Shown here: positions 12,483 to 24,245 of the stretch, in pieces
Position numbering within the stretch: the first letter of the stretch is position 1
Layout: every line of letters begins with the position of its first letter
Assembly (NCBI GenBank): GCA_965112155.1
Contig: OZ218100.1
Length of the DNA: 64,000 nucleotides
Source of the DNA: Podarcis liolepis
Taxonomy: Eukaryota
Reading direction: 5' to 3' (one strand)
Notes under the pieces: generated by a model
Database searches by the model: none
What the model was told of the DNA's origin: nothing
What the model saw: the letters and a program-made list of their open reading frames with translations, nothing else
Position numbers and translations under genes: made by a program

Positions 12483-12987
12483 AATCTGCTGTGGGTGCTT
12501 TAGTTGAGACTCCCCCATTCAGGGGCATACCTATGGGTTGTCCAGGTTGGTGCGGGCCCAGGGAGGCGCAAAAAATGGTCTCTCCACTTTGGCTTGGAGA
12601 GGAGAAGGAGTCCCTGGCAGAGGATGAAAGGCGACGAAGAGACTGGCACAGCCTGGAAGGTGGTGAAGAGCAGTCCCTGGCAGAGCGTGAAACACAAAGA
12701 AAAACAGAGGTTTGGGGAGGTGCCGCTACACAGCTCCCTGCCAAGAGACCCTAGGTACACTTCTGCCTGCATTGCAGAGGGCTGGACTGAAATGTAGCCT
12801 TATGAGGCTTTGCTCTCAGGTGGGAAAAATACTGCGCCTGGGAAAGGGAAGTGGGAGTCAACAGACACTCAAGGAATAGTTTCGGAGAAAAAGGTTTTAT
12901 TTCTACCATCCATGAACTGGTAGAAGGAGCAAGTGTGATAAGTCACAAAAAGCATGCACGAGTTCACAATCATGTGCACAGAGTTTA

Positions 12988-13468
12988 CCGTATTTTTCGC
13001 CCCATAGGACGCACCGGCCCATAGGACGCATCAAGTTTTTTGGGGGGGAAATAAAGGAAAAAACTTTTATTTCCCCCCCAGGCGCTTGTGGGGCCGGCAG
13101 CGGGGAGAAGCGCTCTTCTCCCCGCCGCCCGCCTTGAGATCAGGTCCAGGGACAGTGGGGAGACGCGCTGCACCTCCCAGCTGTCCCCGGAGCTTGCGGG
13201 GCTGGCGGCGGGGTCTCCCCGCCGTCACCCTCCAAACCACTTTGGGAGACAGCGGGATGGCGGCGTTCCGCCTCCCTCTGTCCCCCGACCTTGTGGGGCT
13301 GGCGCTGGGGCTCTCCTGAAGCCTGGAGAGCGAGAGGGGTCGGTGCGCACCGACCCCTCTCGCTCTCCAGGCTTCAGCGAAAGCCTGCATTCGCCCCATA
13401 GGACGCACACACATTTCCCCTTCATTTTTGGAGGGGAAAAAGTGCATCCCATAGGGCGAAAAATACGG
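12988..13468. mobile_element. Tc1/mariner (Tc2-like) non-autonomous element, GC-rich
   Basis: TA-CCGTATTTTTCGCCCCATAGGACGCAC...ATAGGGCGAAAAATACGG-TA; relatives at 20753 and 55568. Confidence 0.85.
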
Positions 13469-14389
13469 TATATACCCATTCCAGTTCCCTCCTCCTTTCA
13501 GAGTCCTGCCCCATGAGTTCCTCTGAGCATGAACAGAAAGCTGTCTTGGAACTATTTTGGACTCTTGGCGCCCTTCCCAGGAAAGGGGTTTCAGAGTGTT
13601 CAGATACGTTTCAATCTCTTGTTCTGGCATGGTTCCCGGACAGAAAGCAAGTTGCAATGTGGTTCTTTAGCAAGGCCAGAAGGCATGAGAAAGGCCTGAG
13701 AAACAATGGACTGTTCTCTACCTTTGTTACAGCAGAGCGGAATGTTTCTGATGCTTAGCTGCTGAGAAAATGATTTTGAAAAGCTTTGAGAAGCTTTGAG
13801 CCTGCTTTGGTGGGGGGTGACTTCGGGCCTAGGTGAGGTCACCTGCCCTCACCTTCCTTCAGCATGACCCTCAGGGGTCCCTTCCAACTTTCACGGCCTT
13901 ATGGATTCTAATGCTGGTTTACAGGCGCTGCCACGCCATGCTTGTTTTGGCGTGTTGTTTCTGATAGACGCCCCTATTCCCTCAGGGGCGTCTAATGGCG
14001 CAGAGAAGCACCAGAAGCCTGTTTGCATCTGCACCTGCCCTCCAGGGGCAAAGCCGTTTGGCTCCAGCCGCACATTCAGCGGGGTGGCGACTGCCCTCTC
14101 CAGCGCAGCGGCCATTGGCGGCTGACGCGATTTGAGCGTCGCTTTTCAAGGCGAGAGGGCGGAAGCTTTGGGGTTTTTTATTTTTGTGTGTGTGTTTGTG
14201 TCGTGGGGGGTGCTTTTAAATTCAAGGCTTTTCCTCACGCGGTGAAACCAGAGCACGAGCTGAGGCCTGGGGCTTATAATAATAACAGTAAATTTTTATT
14301 TATATCCCGCCCTCCCCAGCCGAAGCCGGGCTCAGAGCGGCTAACAACATCTGTTAGCTTGCCCCATTTCCAACGCCCCTCACGGCTAA

Positions 14390-15427
14390 AGCCGCCATTT
14401 TACAGCTTCACTCTTCTCCCCCTTCTAACGCCTCCCCCCCGCGGGTGACGTCACGCGCACGTCCTCCCTCCCTCCCACGTATGCAAATGAAGCCCGTGGT
14501 TGAAGCGGCGGCGTAGTTGCCCGGATGTTGGAGGCTCCTCCCCTTTGCTGTCGACCGTTCGTGCTTCGGTTCCCCTGTCTCTCTCTCTCCCTCCCTATCT
14601 CTATCTTTTTCTCTCTCTCTCTCTTTCCTCCTCCTCCTCCTCCTCCTTCCCCTCCCCTTCCGCGAGGCTGCGGGTCAGCGCGAGCCCACTGCGGCGAAAC
14701 CGTCGTCGGCAACAACCACAGTAATAATAATAATAATAAAAAGGAGGGGCGGCGGCGGCGGCGGCGGCGGCTCTTGAGGCAGCGCTTGCGAAGGGACCGA
14801 GGAGCGTGAGGGAAAAGAGGCGGAGGAGGAGGAGGAGGAAGGAGAAGAGAAGAGGAGGAGGAAGACGACGACGAGGAGGAGGAGAAGGCCGGCACTCGGC
14901 GGTGGATTCGGCTGCGGGGAGGCTCTCGAGAACCCGCCACCATGGTAAGGACCTTCGCCGGCCGCCGCCCCCCGCCACCTGCAGGCCCTGAGGGGATCCC
15001 GTTCTCAACCGACCGCGGAGGGGGGAGGGGAAGGGAGCGAAGGCGGCGGCGGCGAGCTCTTCCTCTCTCTCTCCCCCCCCCCGCCGCGAAAGGAAGGAAA
15101 TGAAGCGCCCCCCCCCCGCCCCCGCTTTCGGTGTGGTGTTCCTATATATATATATGAGAAGAGGCGCAATCCGCTCTCTCGCTTCCTCCATGTCAGGCCT
15201 TCTCTTGAGACCCCCCCCCTTCTGGTAGAAGGCTCCCCCGCCCCCTCACCCACCCGCCAGCAGCCCCCGTATTTCCCCACTGGCTTAGCGACCTCCTTTC
15301 CGCATCTCATCGAGAGGCGCCTTCGGTGTCCCCCTCCCTCCAAAAAAACCCCGACACCGCACCCCAAACCCTCCCCGCAAAAGGAAAAAAAACGACACCC
15401 CCGCACGCAAAAAAAAACCCCCCAGGA

Positions 15428-15430
<3 letters not shown>
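14390..15430 (+). promoter_or_regulatory. PPP3R1: CpG island / PPP3R1 promoter and 5' UTR
   Basis: CpG-dense and GC-rich; YY1-like GCCGCCATTTT 14391-14401; palindromic CRE TGACGTCA 14446-14453; octamer ATGCAAAT 14481-14488; (TAA)n, (GGC)n and (GGA)n tracts; strong Kozak CCGCCACCATGG. Confidence 0.85.
14942..14944 (+). CDS. PPP3R1: Calcineurin B, exon 1 coding part (initiator ATG only)
   Basis: cccgccaccATG|gtaagg: Kozak context followed immediately by a 5' splice donor. Exon 2 starts at Gly2 in phase 0, as known for vertebrate PPP3R1. Confidence 0.88.

Positions 15431-15431
<1 letters not shown>

Positions 15432-15467
<36 letters not shown>
15432..15467. repeat. (GT)n microsatellite
   Basis: About 18 uninterrupted GT units. 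Confidence 0.95.
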
Positions 15468-15469
<2 letters not shown>

Positions 15470-16167
15470 CTCTCCTATCTCTCTCTCCCCCCCCCCCTTT
15501 ACTAACAGTGGCTTTCCTGCTTTTCCGGTAGTTGCCTTCACCCAGCAGTGACCTCTCTTTCCCTGCAGTGCCCCACCCCTGGCAAAGAATTCGTCTCCTC
15601 AATATGTGCTGTATTACTTTAACCTGCCCCCCCTCCCCACGCACACACTTTTCACGCGTTAGTTTTCTCCCCTCCCCTCCTGCGATTGCTTTCTTGAAAG
15701 CGCCCCTCTTTTCTGTTACGAACTCCTCCTCATCTCCCTGTAAAGGAAAAAATCCTGCAAATTTTCTTCATCCCACGCAGCTCCTCTTGCGTATTCGCAC
15801 TGCTTGCTTCGCAGCAGCGGCAACCCCCCTCTCCTCCTCTGCAACCTTTTCTACCTTGTATAGCTCGCTGTCACCTACTAGGCGCCCTTTCTTCTTTCTT
15901 CCCACCTCACATGTGTGTATCTATGCCTGTATGTATGATCGCACAGCGATAGGAAATCTGGCACACGGCATAACATGATCCTGCCTCTGCGCCCCGAATA
16001 ACAGCCACGGTTATGGGTGCTTGGTGAAAACAGATGGCGGGACTCTGTATTTCACCCACAAGCATGCTTTGAAGCAACTGGAAGAATTTGCTTTTGTTTT
16101 AAGTGTGCGTGTGTGTGTCTCTTTTTAATCACCCCAACTGGTAGTGAAGAGGGTGGTTAATGGGTAA

Positions 16168-16290
16168 CTAGTTTCAGGTGGTTAGCTATGCTAGTCCGTT
16201 GCAGCAAAAATGGTTATTGCAGCATCTTGTAGATTTACATATTTACTATGGCATAAGCTTTCATGGACTAGAGGCCACTTCATCAGATGT
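16168..16290 (-). mobile_element. Penelope-like element terminal-repeat relic with a degraded hammerhead motif
   Basis: Reverse complement reads acatCTGATGAagtggcctctagtccatGAAAgcttatgcc...gctgcaacggactagcatagctaaccacc, paralleling 27402-27525. Confidence 0.65.
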
Positions 16291-19200
16291 GGCTGCAATC
16301 CTGTGCATGTTTAGTTGGGGATAAGTCCCGTAGAGCACAGTGAGACTTGCATCTGAATAAGATTGCTTTTATAAATCAGTATTAAATCATCTTGACTATG
16401 CGTATATTCAGCTTTATGCTATACATGCCTGCTTGTTAGTATCACTGTGTTCCATGGAATTTACAGCCAGGTAAATGTGTCTAGGATCTTGCATAGGATC
16501 CTGCCTTTCTCAGTAGCTGTCTTAACTGTTTTGCCCTGTAGCATTCACAGACTTCACAATATTCCTTTATCCAGTTTTAACTCCATTACTCTGCCTGAAC
16601 TTCCACATAGTGAAAACTCCTGGATTTGTGTTGTGCTGTAATGAAATGTGTTCATAATTTTTCATTTCCTGGTCAGATTTATATTAATTTCTTCTTGCAG
16701 TTGCCTCTACCTGTCATATTCCTTTCCCTTTACTGTCCACAAGCAACCATAGAGAAAGGTCATTCTAATTTCATTTGAAGCCTTGAACCCATTTCCAAAA
16801 TGATTACTAAAGTGTCATATTATTCAGTTGCCTTTCAAGCATAACCTGCACAGCAATTTTTATTACACTTTTTATGTAGCCTTCATTAATCTAGACTATA
16901 CTTTACCTCAGTATCCTCATTATAATTGTCCCAACACCATAATTTCCCTGTATACACCACCACAAAAATAATCCCCATTCACTGATCTTTCTCAGTGGTC
17001 CCTGAAGTATACAGATAAACCCCCTCTTTACTAACCTTCTGCTAGGTGCTAATAAACAGACATGTTCTCACCATTTAATGCATTAGCCACCCTTTCTTCA
17101 CCATAGGAATGTGTCCTCCACTTGTACACATCCTCTTTCTACAAATTTTTATTTTATTTTTTAAAATTGCGACTTAAATTTGTTCAGGGGTCTTGTGCAC
17201 CAAAACATAAAGGCAGGATTAAAAAATAATAATATTTTTCTAGTGTGCTGGTTGGGATTTTTTTGTGTTGTGTTTTTTTTTGCTGTGGTACAGCATTGTT
17301 TGATCTTCATATTTTAACTGAGATGCTACAGTGCACATAGCCTTTGCACAAAGCATGCCTGATAATATGTATTTCAGATTCATTAAGCAATGTTAACTCC
17401 GGAATATAGGAGTTGATATGTCCATGACCATTCAGGTTTCAGTGGATAAGGAAGATGAGGTAGAAAGGAACTGCCTACCTAAAAATCATGGCGATCAAAA
17501 TTTGCTGTTCACTGCTATAAAATTAATCTAGTAATACTACTGCTGTAGTATTTTATGTCAACACTAGGGGTGTCTCCTGCTTGCTGCTAGTGCCAAGAAT
17601 CAACGCCCTTTTCTACAAACATTTGTTAGCTTAAATTATCTATTGCCTTTTCTTTTGTAACAAAATATGTTTTTTTCAGGGGGGGTAGACTTGGAAAAGG
17701 TTTATGCCATAGCTTGATTTTTGTAATATGTCAGTTGCTTAAAATATTTCTTATTTGTAGCTTGTGTGTACTATATCTTCAAGGCTGAAATGGTTGTATA
17801 TTGTGAATTAGAAATGTGTGTCAGAAAAACACAATATTAAGGTGAACTGTTTTAAAAAGTGACTTAAAATGTGAGCCATTTGTTGAGCATAATTCAAAAT
17901 AGTTGCAAGCTACATTCTTTAACAAGGTTCAGCAGCATGTACTGTTTTTTATTACCTAAACAAACAAGCAAAAAAACCCCCAAGGCTTCAATCCTAAGTA
18001 TGTATGCTTGAAAGTGTTTGCAATAAGTGATTTCAACTAAGTTGTACTCATAATAGATCCATTGACATCAATAGACAAGTTACTTAAATACGTTGATTTC
18101 AGTAGGTCTACTTTGAGTATGGCTAATTTTGGATACCATCCAATTAAAGTTAATCAGATTTTGTTGTTAGGAAACCTGGTTTGGATAGGTTGTTAAAAAG
18201 AACTACTTAAGAATAAATAGTTTTGAGGGGTTTCATTATAACAATTTGCATTTCACGTTCAAGTAAACTCAGAGCGGTTCATAATCGTTTTAAGAATATT
18301 CTGGTGTGCAGATTTCTCTATTTTATGAAATCTATCATTATGTTACAGGGTTGTTTTGGAATGTTAATTGCTATTCATATTTAGCTAAGTTTCAGGTATT
18401 TCTATGCAAGTGGTGATAAATCTGGTTAAGAGATGAATAGATGAAGCCTTTAGTTTTCATAGGGTCTACCAGAAGAATTCCACTTTTAAATCCTGATTGT
18501 TGCCTGTTAGATTATTCAAGCATATGTGTCTTAATCCAGGGATTAAGCGCACCCAGGAGTTGTGCATGCCCAACAGGTTTTTGGTCTTAAAACAGCAGAC
18601 TTCCTTGCCCTATCGCAAACTTATTTTTTGAAATAAATTGTCCCTAATAGAGTAGTACAAAGCAGCCTGGTCACACAGAAGTGGCATTGTGGTTCCCTTG
18701 ATTGTCACAACTATCACTACTCCACCTGCAGGCCTAGCAAACCATTTAAAAAGGATTCCATGGGCAGTTGATGGACATGCTTATTATTTGAGAAGTGCTG
18801 CACTACATTCATACATAATTTTATTTGTATGCTGACTTTTCAGAGTTGAAACCTGCTCAAGGCAGTTTGCAACATGTAAAAATTACATAACTGCAAACAT
18901 AAAAAGAAGTAATAATAAGCAATAAATAAAACAGCAAAAAGTACACAACCAAACTGAACAATTTCCACCTAAATCATAAGAACAAAAATAAAGACCCCAA
19001 AATTATTACCAATAGAATTCTCTAAGTAATATCCCAGCCCAAGAGTCTGTTTAGCAGCCTCAGCTTCTGCAGCTAGAGTGAGGTGGAAAAAGACCCACAA
19101 GGCAGGGAGCAGGTCTTCAGATCTCACAGCCATGATGATACAAAAATTATAAACCATCTTCTTTATATATTTTGTAGGCATATATACTGTACACTTTGGG

Positions 19201-19983
19201 CCTCTATACACTTTTGCTGCATTCATTTTTTATTTGTAGAGAAAATGTGTATTTATTATGCAATCTTCTCTTATTAAGTTTCTGTTGCTAGGATACCATA
19301 TGTTACCATCGTTCAGGTTGCAATATTTTGTATTTCGCCAAACTTTTGACTGAGATTAAAATCTGTGACCGAGATTATGACTCCCATATTTATGTGCTGG
19401 ATGTGGAGGGGATTCTCTCCAAGGACTGTGAACAAGAGCATCTCCCTGCAGAGGACTTGTCTCGACAGGCATTTCCCAGCCTGAGCCTCACCAAAATGTC
19501 CCCGGGACCAAGATGAGAGTAAATCTGAGGCCCACAACACATTGCTCAGGATGGACAGTGAGGCCCACAAGATGGCTGCTGAATTTATTGAAACTGACAC
19601 TGACTTCCTCAGGCCTCGCCAAAGCTTGGACTTGGCTGAGAACAAGGGACTCCATCTTCCTTCTGGAAGGTGGAGAGGAGGCACAGTCAATCCTGTGCAA
19701 TGCTTTCCCCACAGGTCAATCAAAGTCCCTCTTCTGTAGTAGCCTCTGTAGTATAATCAGTTCGTCCTCAGTATTTGAGATTATGGCCTGAGTCCACCTT
19801 TGAAGAGAGCATTGACTATAAACCCTTGACCAGAGCAGAGTTTAGAAGTAATGTAATACCTATTAAATAAGGTTTAGTCCTTGATAGTACTAAATAGCCT
19901 CACAGTTCATGGTTTGGGGGAGGAGAGTCTGAAACCCTGGAAAACCACTACTGCCAGTCAGAGTGGACAATAATGAGCTAGAT

Positions 19984-20315
19984 CAGGGGTCTGCAACCTT
20001 TAAGACAAAAAGAGCCACTTGGACCCGTTTCCGAAGGAAAAAAAAACCTGGGAGCCGCAAAACCATTGTGACATTTAAAGCATGCACGCCGCTGCCCTCC
20101 AATCTGACAGCGGGCGGGAAGGTGACGTTGGGACGGTGCGTGACTAATTTACGCACCGCCCCCATGCGACATCACAGCCAGTACAGTGCCCGCCACGGTG
20201 GGGAGTGTCGGGGCGCACAATGCGCCTCCTCCCCTCGCTAGTATCCGCCCCGGAGCCGCGGCAAAGGTGTAAAAGAGCCACGTGCGGCTCCGGAGCCGCA
20301 GGTTGCAGACCCCTG
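19984..20315. mobile_element. hAT (Charlie-like) MITE
   Basis: TIR CAGGGGTCTGCAACCT/AGGTTGCAGACCCCTG; 8-bp TSD AGCTAGAT (19976-19983, 20316-20323). Confidence 0.9.
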
Positions 20316-20752
20316 AGCTAGATCAATCAAGAGACAGCTTTTTGTGCTTCTCCTTAATAGCAAACTTTGCTAGTGCATTGTGTGGCTGGAGTGTTGCCTT
20401 CTGGATCTTTTATGTGATGTCACCAACGACGAGGGACAAGCTCTTCCCTAGTTCCCCTTCTCAGGAGCTTTCAAATTCCATCTTTTAATCAAGCAAGCAA
20501 TACTCAAGAGACTATGCACTGTATTGCTTCATTTCAGTATGGATAATTTTAAGTACCTAACTTTTAGAGCAAGCATCCTGGAGAGGGAAGTGATGGAGAT
20601 AATGTGCTGTGAAGCTACTACAGGCACACATCCACACCTTGGCCCTGCAATACAGAGATGTTTTCGGAGAAGAAAAGAAAAATACTGAAGGGGATTGTGA
20701 ACTTCCACGTTTGGATTAACCACAGTTTAGTGTTGCATCTGACCCTAAACTA

Positions 20753-21111
20753 CTGTATTTTTTCTTGTATAAGACAATGTTTTTTGCTAAAAAAAATTAT
20801 CAAAAATTCAGGGTTGTCTCATGCATGGATGGTGAATGCACAGGTGTTTTCTTTTTCTTCTTTTTTTTTATTAAAAAAACTACTTACCTTCCCACGGCTG
20901 CTGTGAAAAAGCTGCTGGGACCGCCATCCCTTTCACTTACCACTTCTGCCAACCAGGCGCTGGCAGGGGTTCCTAAGCTGGTGCTTTGAATATTTAATAA
21001 AATATCAAAGTATTTCTGTTTGACATTTAGAATACTGATTTCTTAATTTGGGGTTCAAAAAAATAGAGGTCACCTTATACATGTGGGCATCTTATACACA
21101 TAAAAATATGG
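20753..21111. mobile_element. Older Tc2-like MITE
   Basis: Degenerate TIRs TA-CTGTATTTTT..GTATAAGA / TCTTATAC..AAAAATATGG-TA. Confidence 0.6.
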
Positions 21112-21731
21112 TAGCTAATGTTGATTGTAGTTAGTCAAAACCAGCCAGCTTTGTAAATTGTGGTTTGTTTTTCCTACCCAGCGTTAAGCATTATTTGCAG
21201 TTTATCCTTATTCAAACATTATCATCATCATTAATAACAATAATAATTAATAAACAACAAATTTATTTACCCCGCCTTTTCCCCTGATGGGACTCAAGGT
21301 GGCTTACTGGTTAAAGCAAAAACTGCTTAAAACATAGCAAAATCAATAATAAAAATGCAGTTAAACAAAATCATTAAAATACAATTAAGCATCACAACGA
21401 TTTGGGTTTAGTAAAAATGAAATCAAACAATTCAGAGCTTCTCATGGCTGCACCAGAGGAGAAAACAAACTGCAAGAGCCAGAGCCCTACTGCAGTTTGT
21501 CCTCATTTACCCTGAATCACATTAGTCCATGTGTGCAATTAAGCACAAAATATGTGTAAAGTAAAACCTTGCACAAATTTACTGGCATATGCCAGTTGTC
21601 AGCTTATTTAGCCCCCCTCCCCAATGTTATTACTTCATATTTTAATCAATATATTTCTAATCAAGAAGCTTCCAAGAAATATTAATTGAACAGCTGTAAG
21701 GGCAGTTCAAATACCTTTAGATAAAGCAATA

Positions 21732-21954
21732 CAGTGGTACCTCGGGTTACATATGCTTCAGGTTACAGACTCTGCTAACCCAGAAATAATACCTTGGGTT
21801 AACTTTGCTTCAGGATGAGAACAGAAATTGTGTGGCGGCAGCGCAGCAGCAGCAGGAAGCCCCATTAGATAAAGTGGTGCTTCAGGTTAAGAACAGTTTC
21901 AGGTTAAGAACGGACCTCTGGAACGAATAAAGTATGTAACCAGAGGTACCACTG
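21732..21954. mobile_element. Tc1/mariner MITE family B
   Basis: TA-CAGTGGTACCTCGGGTTACAT...GTAACCAGAGGTACCACTG-TA. Confidence 0.88.
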
Positions 21955-22570
21955 TAATTAAGAACAGGAGAATAAGCTGTATATTTCATAGTGCTTCCTA
22001 TGGCCTATCATTTTGAATTTCAGTTTATCAGTAAACATTAAAAACCTCAAAGATGCATATCTTTTAGAATGTGAGCAACGTGGGATTAGTTTTCTAAACT
22101 GAGTTGTTGTTTGGATCAGATGTACATGCATAAATAACTTTAATAGGGGTATATGTTCACTTTTCTGTTACTTCCATTGTTGGCAGATTTGCAAGTAAGT
22201 AATCAGTACTGACCAGCTTTTGAAATTCCTCCATTTCAAGTATGCTGTGAGGCATCGTGGATTGAATTAAATCAAGGCAATTTAAATCAACAGGGGGAAA
22301 TGCCAATTTAAATAAGTGATTTTAATCATGTTTCCTGTTGATTACTTCATATATTTCCTAAGCAGTGGTGCAAATTGAATATTAAGCCATACTAATTTAC
22401 AGTTAAATAGGGTATTACTTATATTGTTTCTTTCACCACAGTCTTGTGTGTCACACTATATATATTTTGCAGGTTTTCCTCCCCCCCTTTTTTTACAATA
22501 GAAGGAATGGGCAGAAACAAGTGTGTGAATAGACTTCTGTTTGCACAACAGGAATTCACTACTTCTCCTG

Positions 22571-22923
22571 TTGTTGTTGTTTAGTCGTTTAGTCGTGTCC
22601 GACTCTTCGTGACCCCATGGACCAGAGCACGCCAGGCACTTCTGTCCTCCACTGCCTCCCGCAGTTTGATCAAGCTCATGCTAGTAGCTTCAAGAACACC
22701 ATCCAACCATCTCATTCTCTGTCGTCCCCTTCTCCTTGTGCCCTCCATCTTTCCCAACATCAGGGTCTTTTCCAGGGAGTCTTCTCTTCTCATGAGGTGG
22801 CCAAAGTATTGGAGCCTCAGCTTCACGATCTGTCCTTCCAGTGAGCACTCAGGGCTGATTTCCTTCAGAATGGAGAGGTTTGATCTTCTTGCAGTCCATG
22901 GGACTCTCAAGAGTCTCCTCCAC
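22571..22923 (-). mobile_element. RTE-BovB LINE, 5'-truncated 3' end
   Basis: ORF WRRLLRVPWTARRSNLSILKEISPECSLEG...LQYFGHLMRREDSLEKTLMLGKMEG.RRRGRQRMRWLDG...WRALVHGVTKSRTRLND is the BovB C-terminus; (CAA)n tail; 10-bp TSD ACTTCTCCTG (22561-22570, 22924-22933). Confidence 0.93.
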
Positions 22924-24009
22924 ACTTCTCCTGCACAGCCCCAAAATCTGTTAGAGTAGATTTTTAGGGTTTACAGAGGACTGTGGGAGAGACGGGGGAC
23001 TGCAAAGTTCCATTGAGCAAACAGAAGTCATTTAAGCTCACTTGTAGACAGTGTTGTATGCAACCCAGTGTCTTTAATATATTTATTTTATAAAACTTTC
23101 TTAACACGAGTAGCCATGACAGTTTGAAAGATGGGAAGTATGGGAATATAGGAACCTGAATCCTGGATGATGTTACATTCTTTTCAATATCTTTCATTTC
23201 TGCTTCACTTTGCCTTAGCCTAGCCTCATAAAAAGAAGGTGGCAAACAAGAGATAAAATGCCCATGACTGATAGTTCTTTGGCAGATAGGTTGATTTCAT
23301 CAGGTGGAAATGAAATTCTTACGTTTAGTAAGTACAAGCATAAATATTCATATCTGAGAAATTGCCAGACTGATTCAGCTTTTACATAGAAAAACCTTTC
23401 TGTGTAAGATGTATTTGGTGGAGGCATTGAACCCAAGGGCTAACACTTTTTTATAACCTGATTTTTTATATAGAGAAAGTCTTGCTTCTTCTTCAGTTTG
23501 TTTTGACGCAACAAAGGGATTTCTGGACAGGCAAAAGAAACCTAAAATCCATTTGGACTCTTGGAACCAGTTTCATGCTTCTTTGGTTCCGGATCTTTGT
23601 TCTGTGCTCTGTGTATAACTTTTTACTAATAGTCAGCAGTAGTAATTAACTGTATATATAAACAAGCTGTTATTGTTCCTTAATTCTGACTGCATGTGAT
23701 TATTCATAAATCTTATCCAAAGTCATTTTTGACAGTTTTTATAATACTAGAGGTTTGCTACTAGTGACACTTAGGTTTGGGGGGAAATAAATGCTCAATA
23801 AAGTTCCCTAGTTAGTCAGTGGGCATCAATTTTAACTGCTATGGCTTCATGGAATACTGTTTCATGAACAAAGGCATAATAGGTGTGTAGCAAGTTATCA
23901 CTAGTAATCTTTCTGGTTTTTCCAAGGTCTGGTTAACTAGTGACCAGATTTTGCTTCCTTTCTTCTCCCTTCTATATGATTTAGGTTTTCTTAATTGTCT
24001 GCTGAAATG

Positions 24010-24245
24010 TAAAGGTAAAGGGACCCCTGACCATTAGGTCCAGTCGTGGACGACTCTGGGGTTGCGGCGCTCATCTCGCTTTATTGGCTGAGGGACCCGG
24101 TGTACAGTGGCCAGCATGTGGCCAGCATGACTAAGCCGCTTCTGGCGAACCAGAGCAGCACACAGAAATGCCGTTTACCTTCTCGCTGGAGTGGTACCTA
24201 TTTATCTATTTGCACTTTGTGCTTTCAAACTGCTAGGTTGGCAGG
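24010..24245 (-). mobile_element. Sauria SINE, 5'-truncated
   Basis: Reverse complement of the SINE 3' two-thirds; flanks GCTGAAATG/GCTGAAGTG may be a TSD; internal GTGGCCAGCAT duplication. Confidence 0.88.

Noticed and set aside
13067-13657. 196-aa and 142-aa overlapping ORFs
   Set aside because: Mostly inside the GC-rich Tc2-like MITE; no DDE or HTH features.
1-14300. CNRIP1 exons expected upstream from mammalian synteny
   Set aside because: No recognisable CNRIP1 coding sequence seen, so the region is treated as intergenic.
14425-15978. Long ORFs of 140-196 aa on both strands around the CpG island
   Set aside because: Low-complexity translations (poly-S/P/R/A/HT) of GC-rich and microsatellite DNA that is poor in stop codons; no domain signal.
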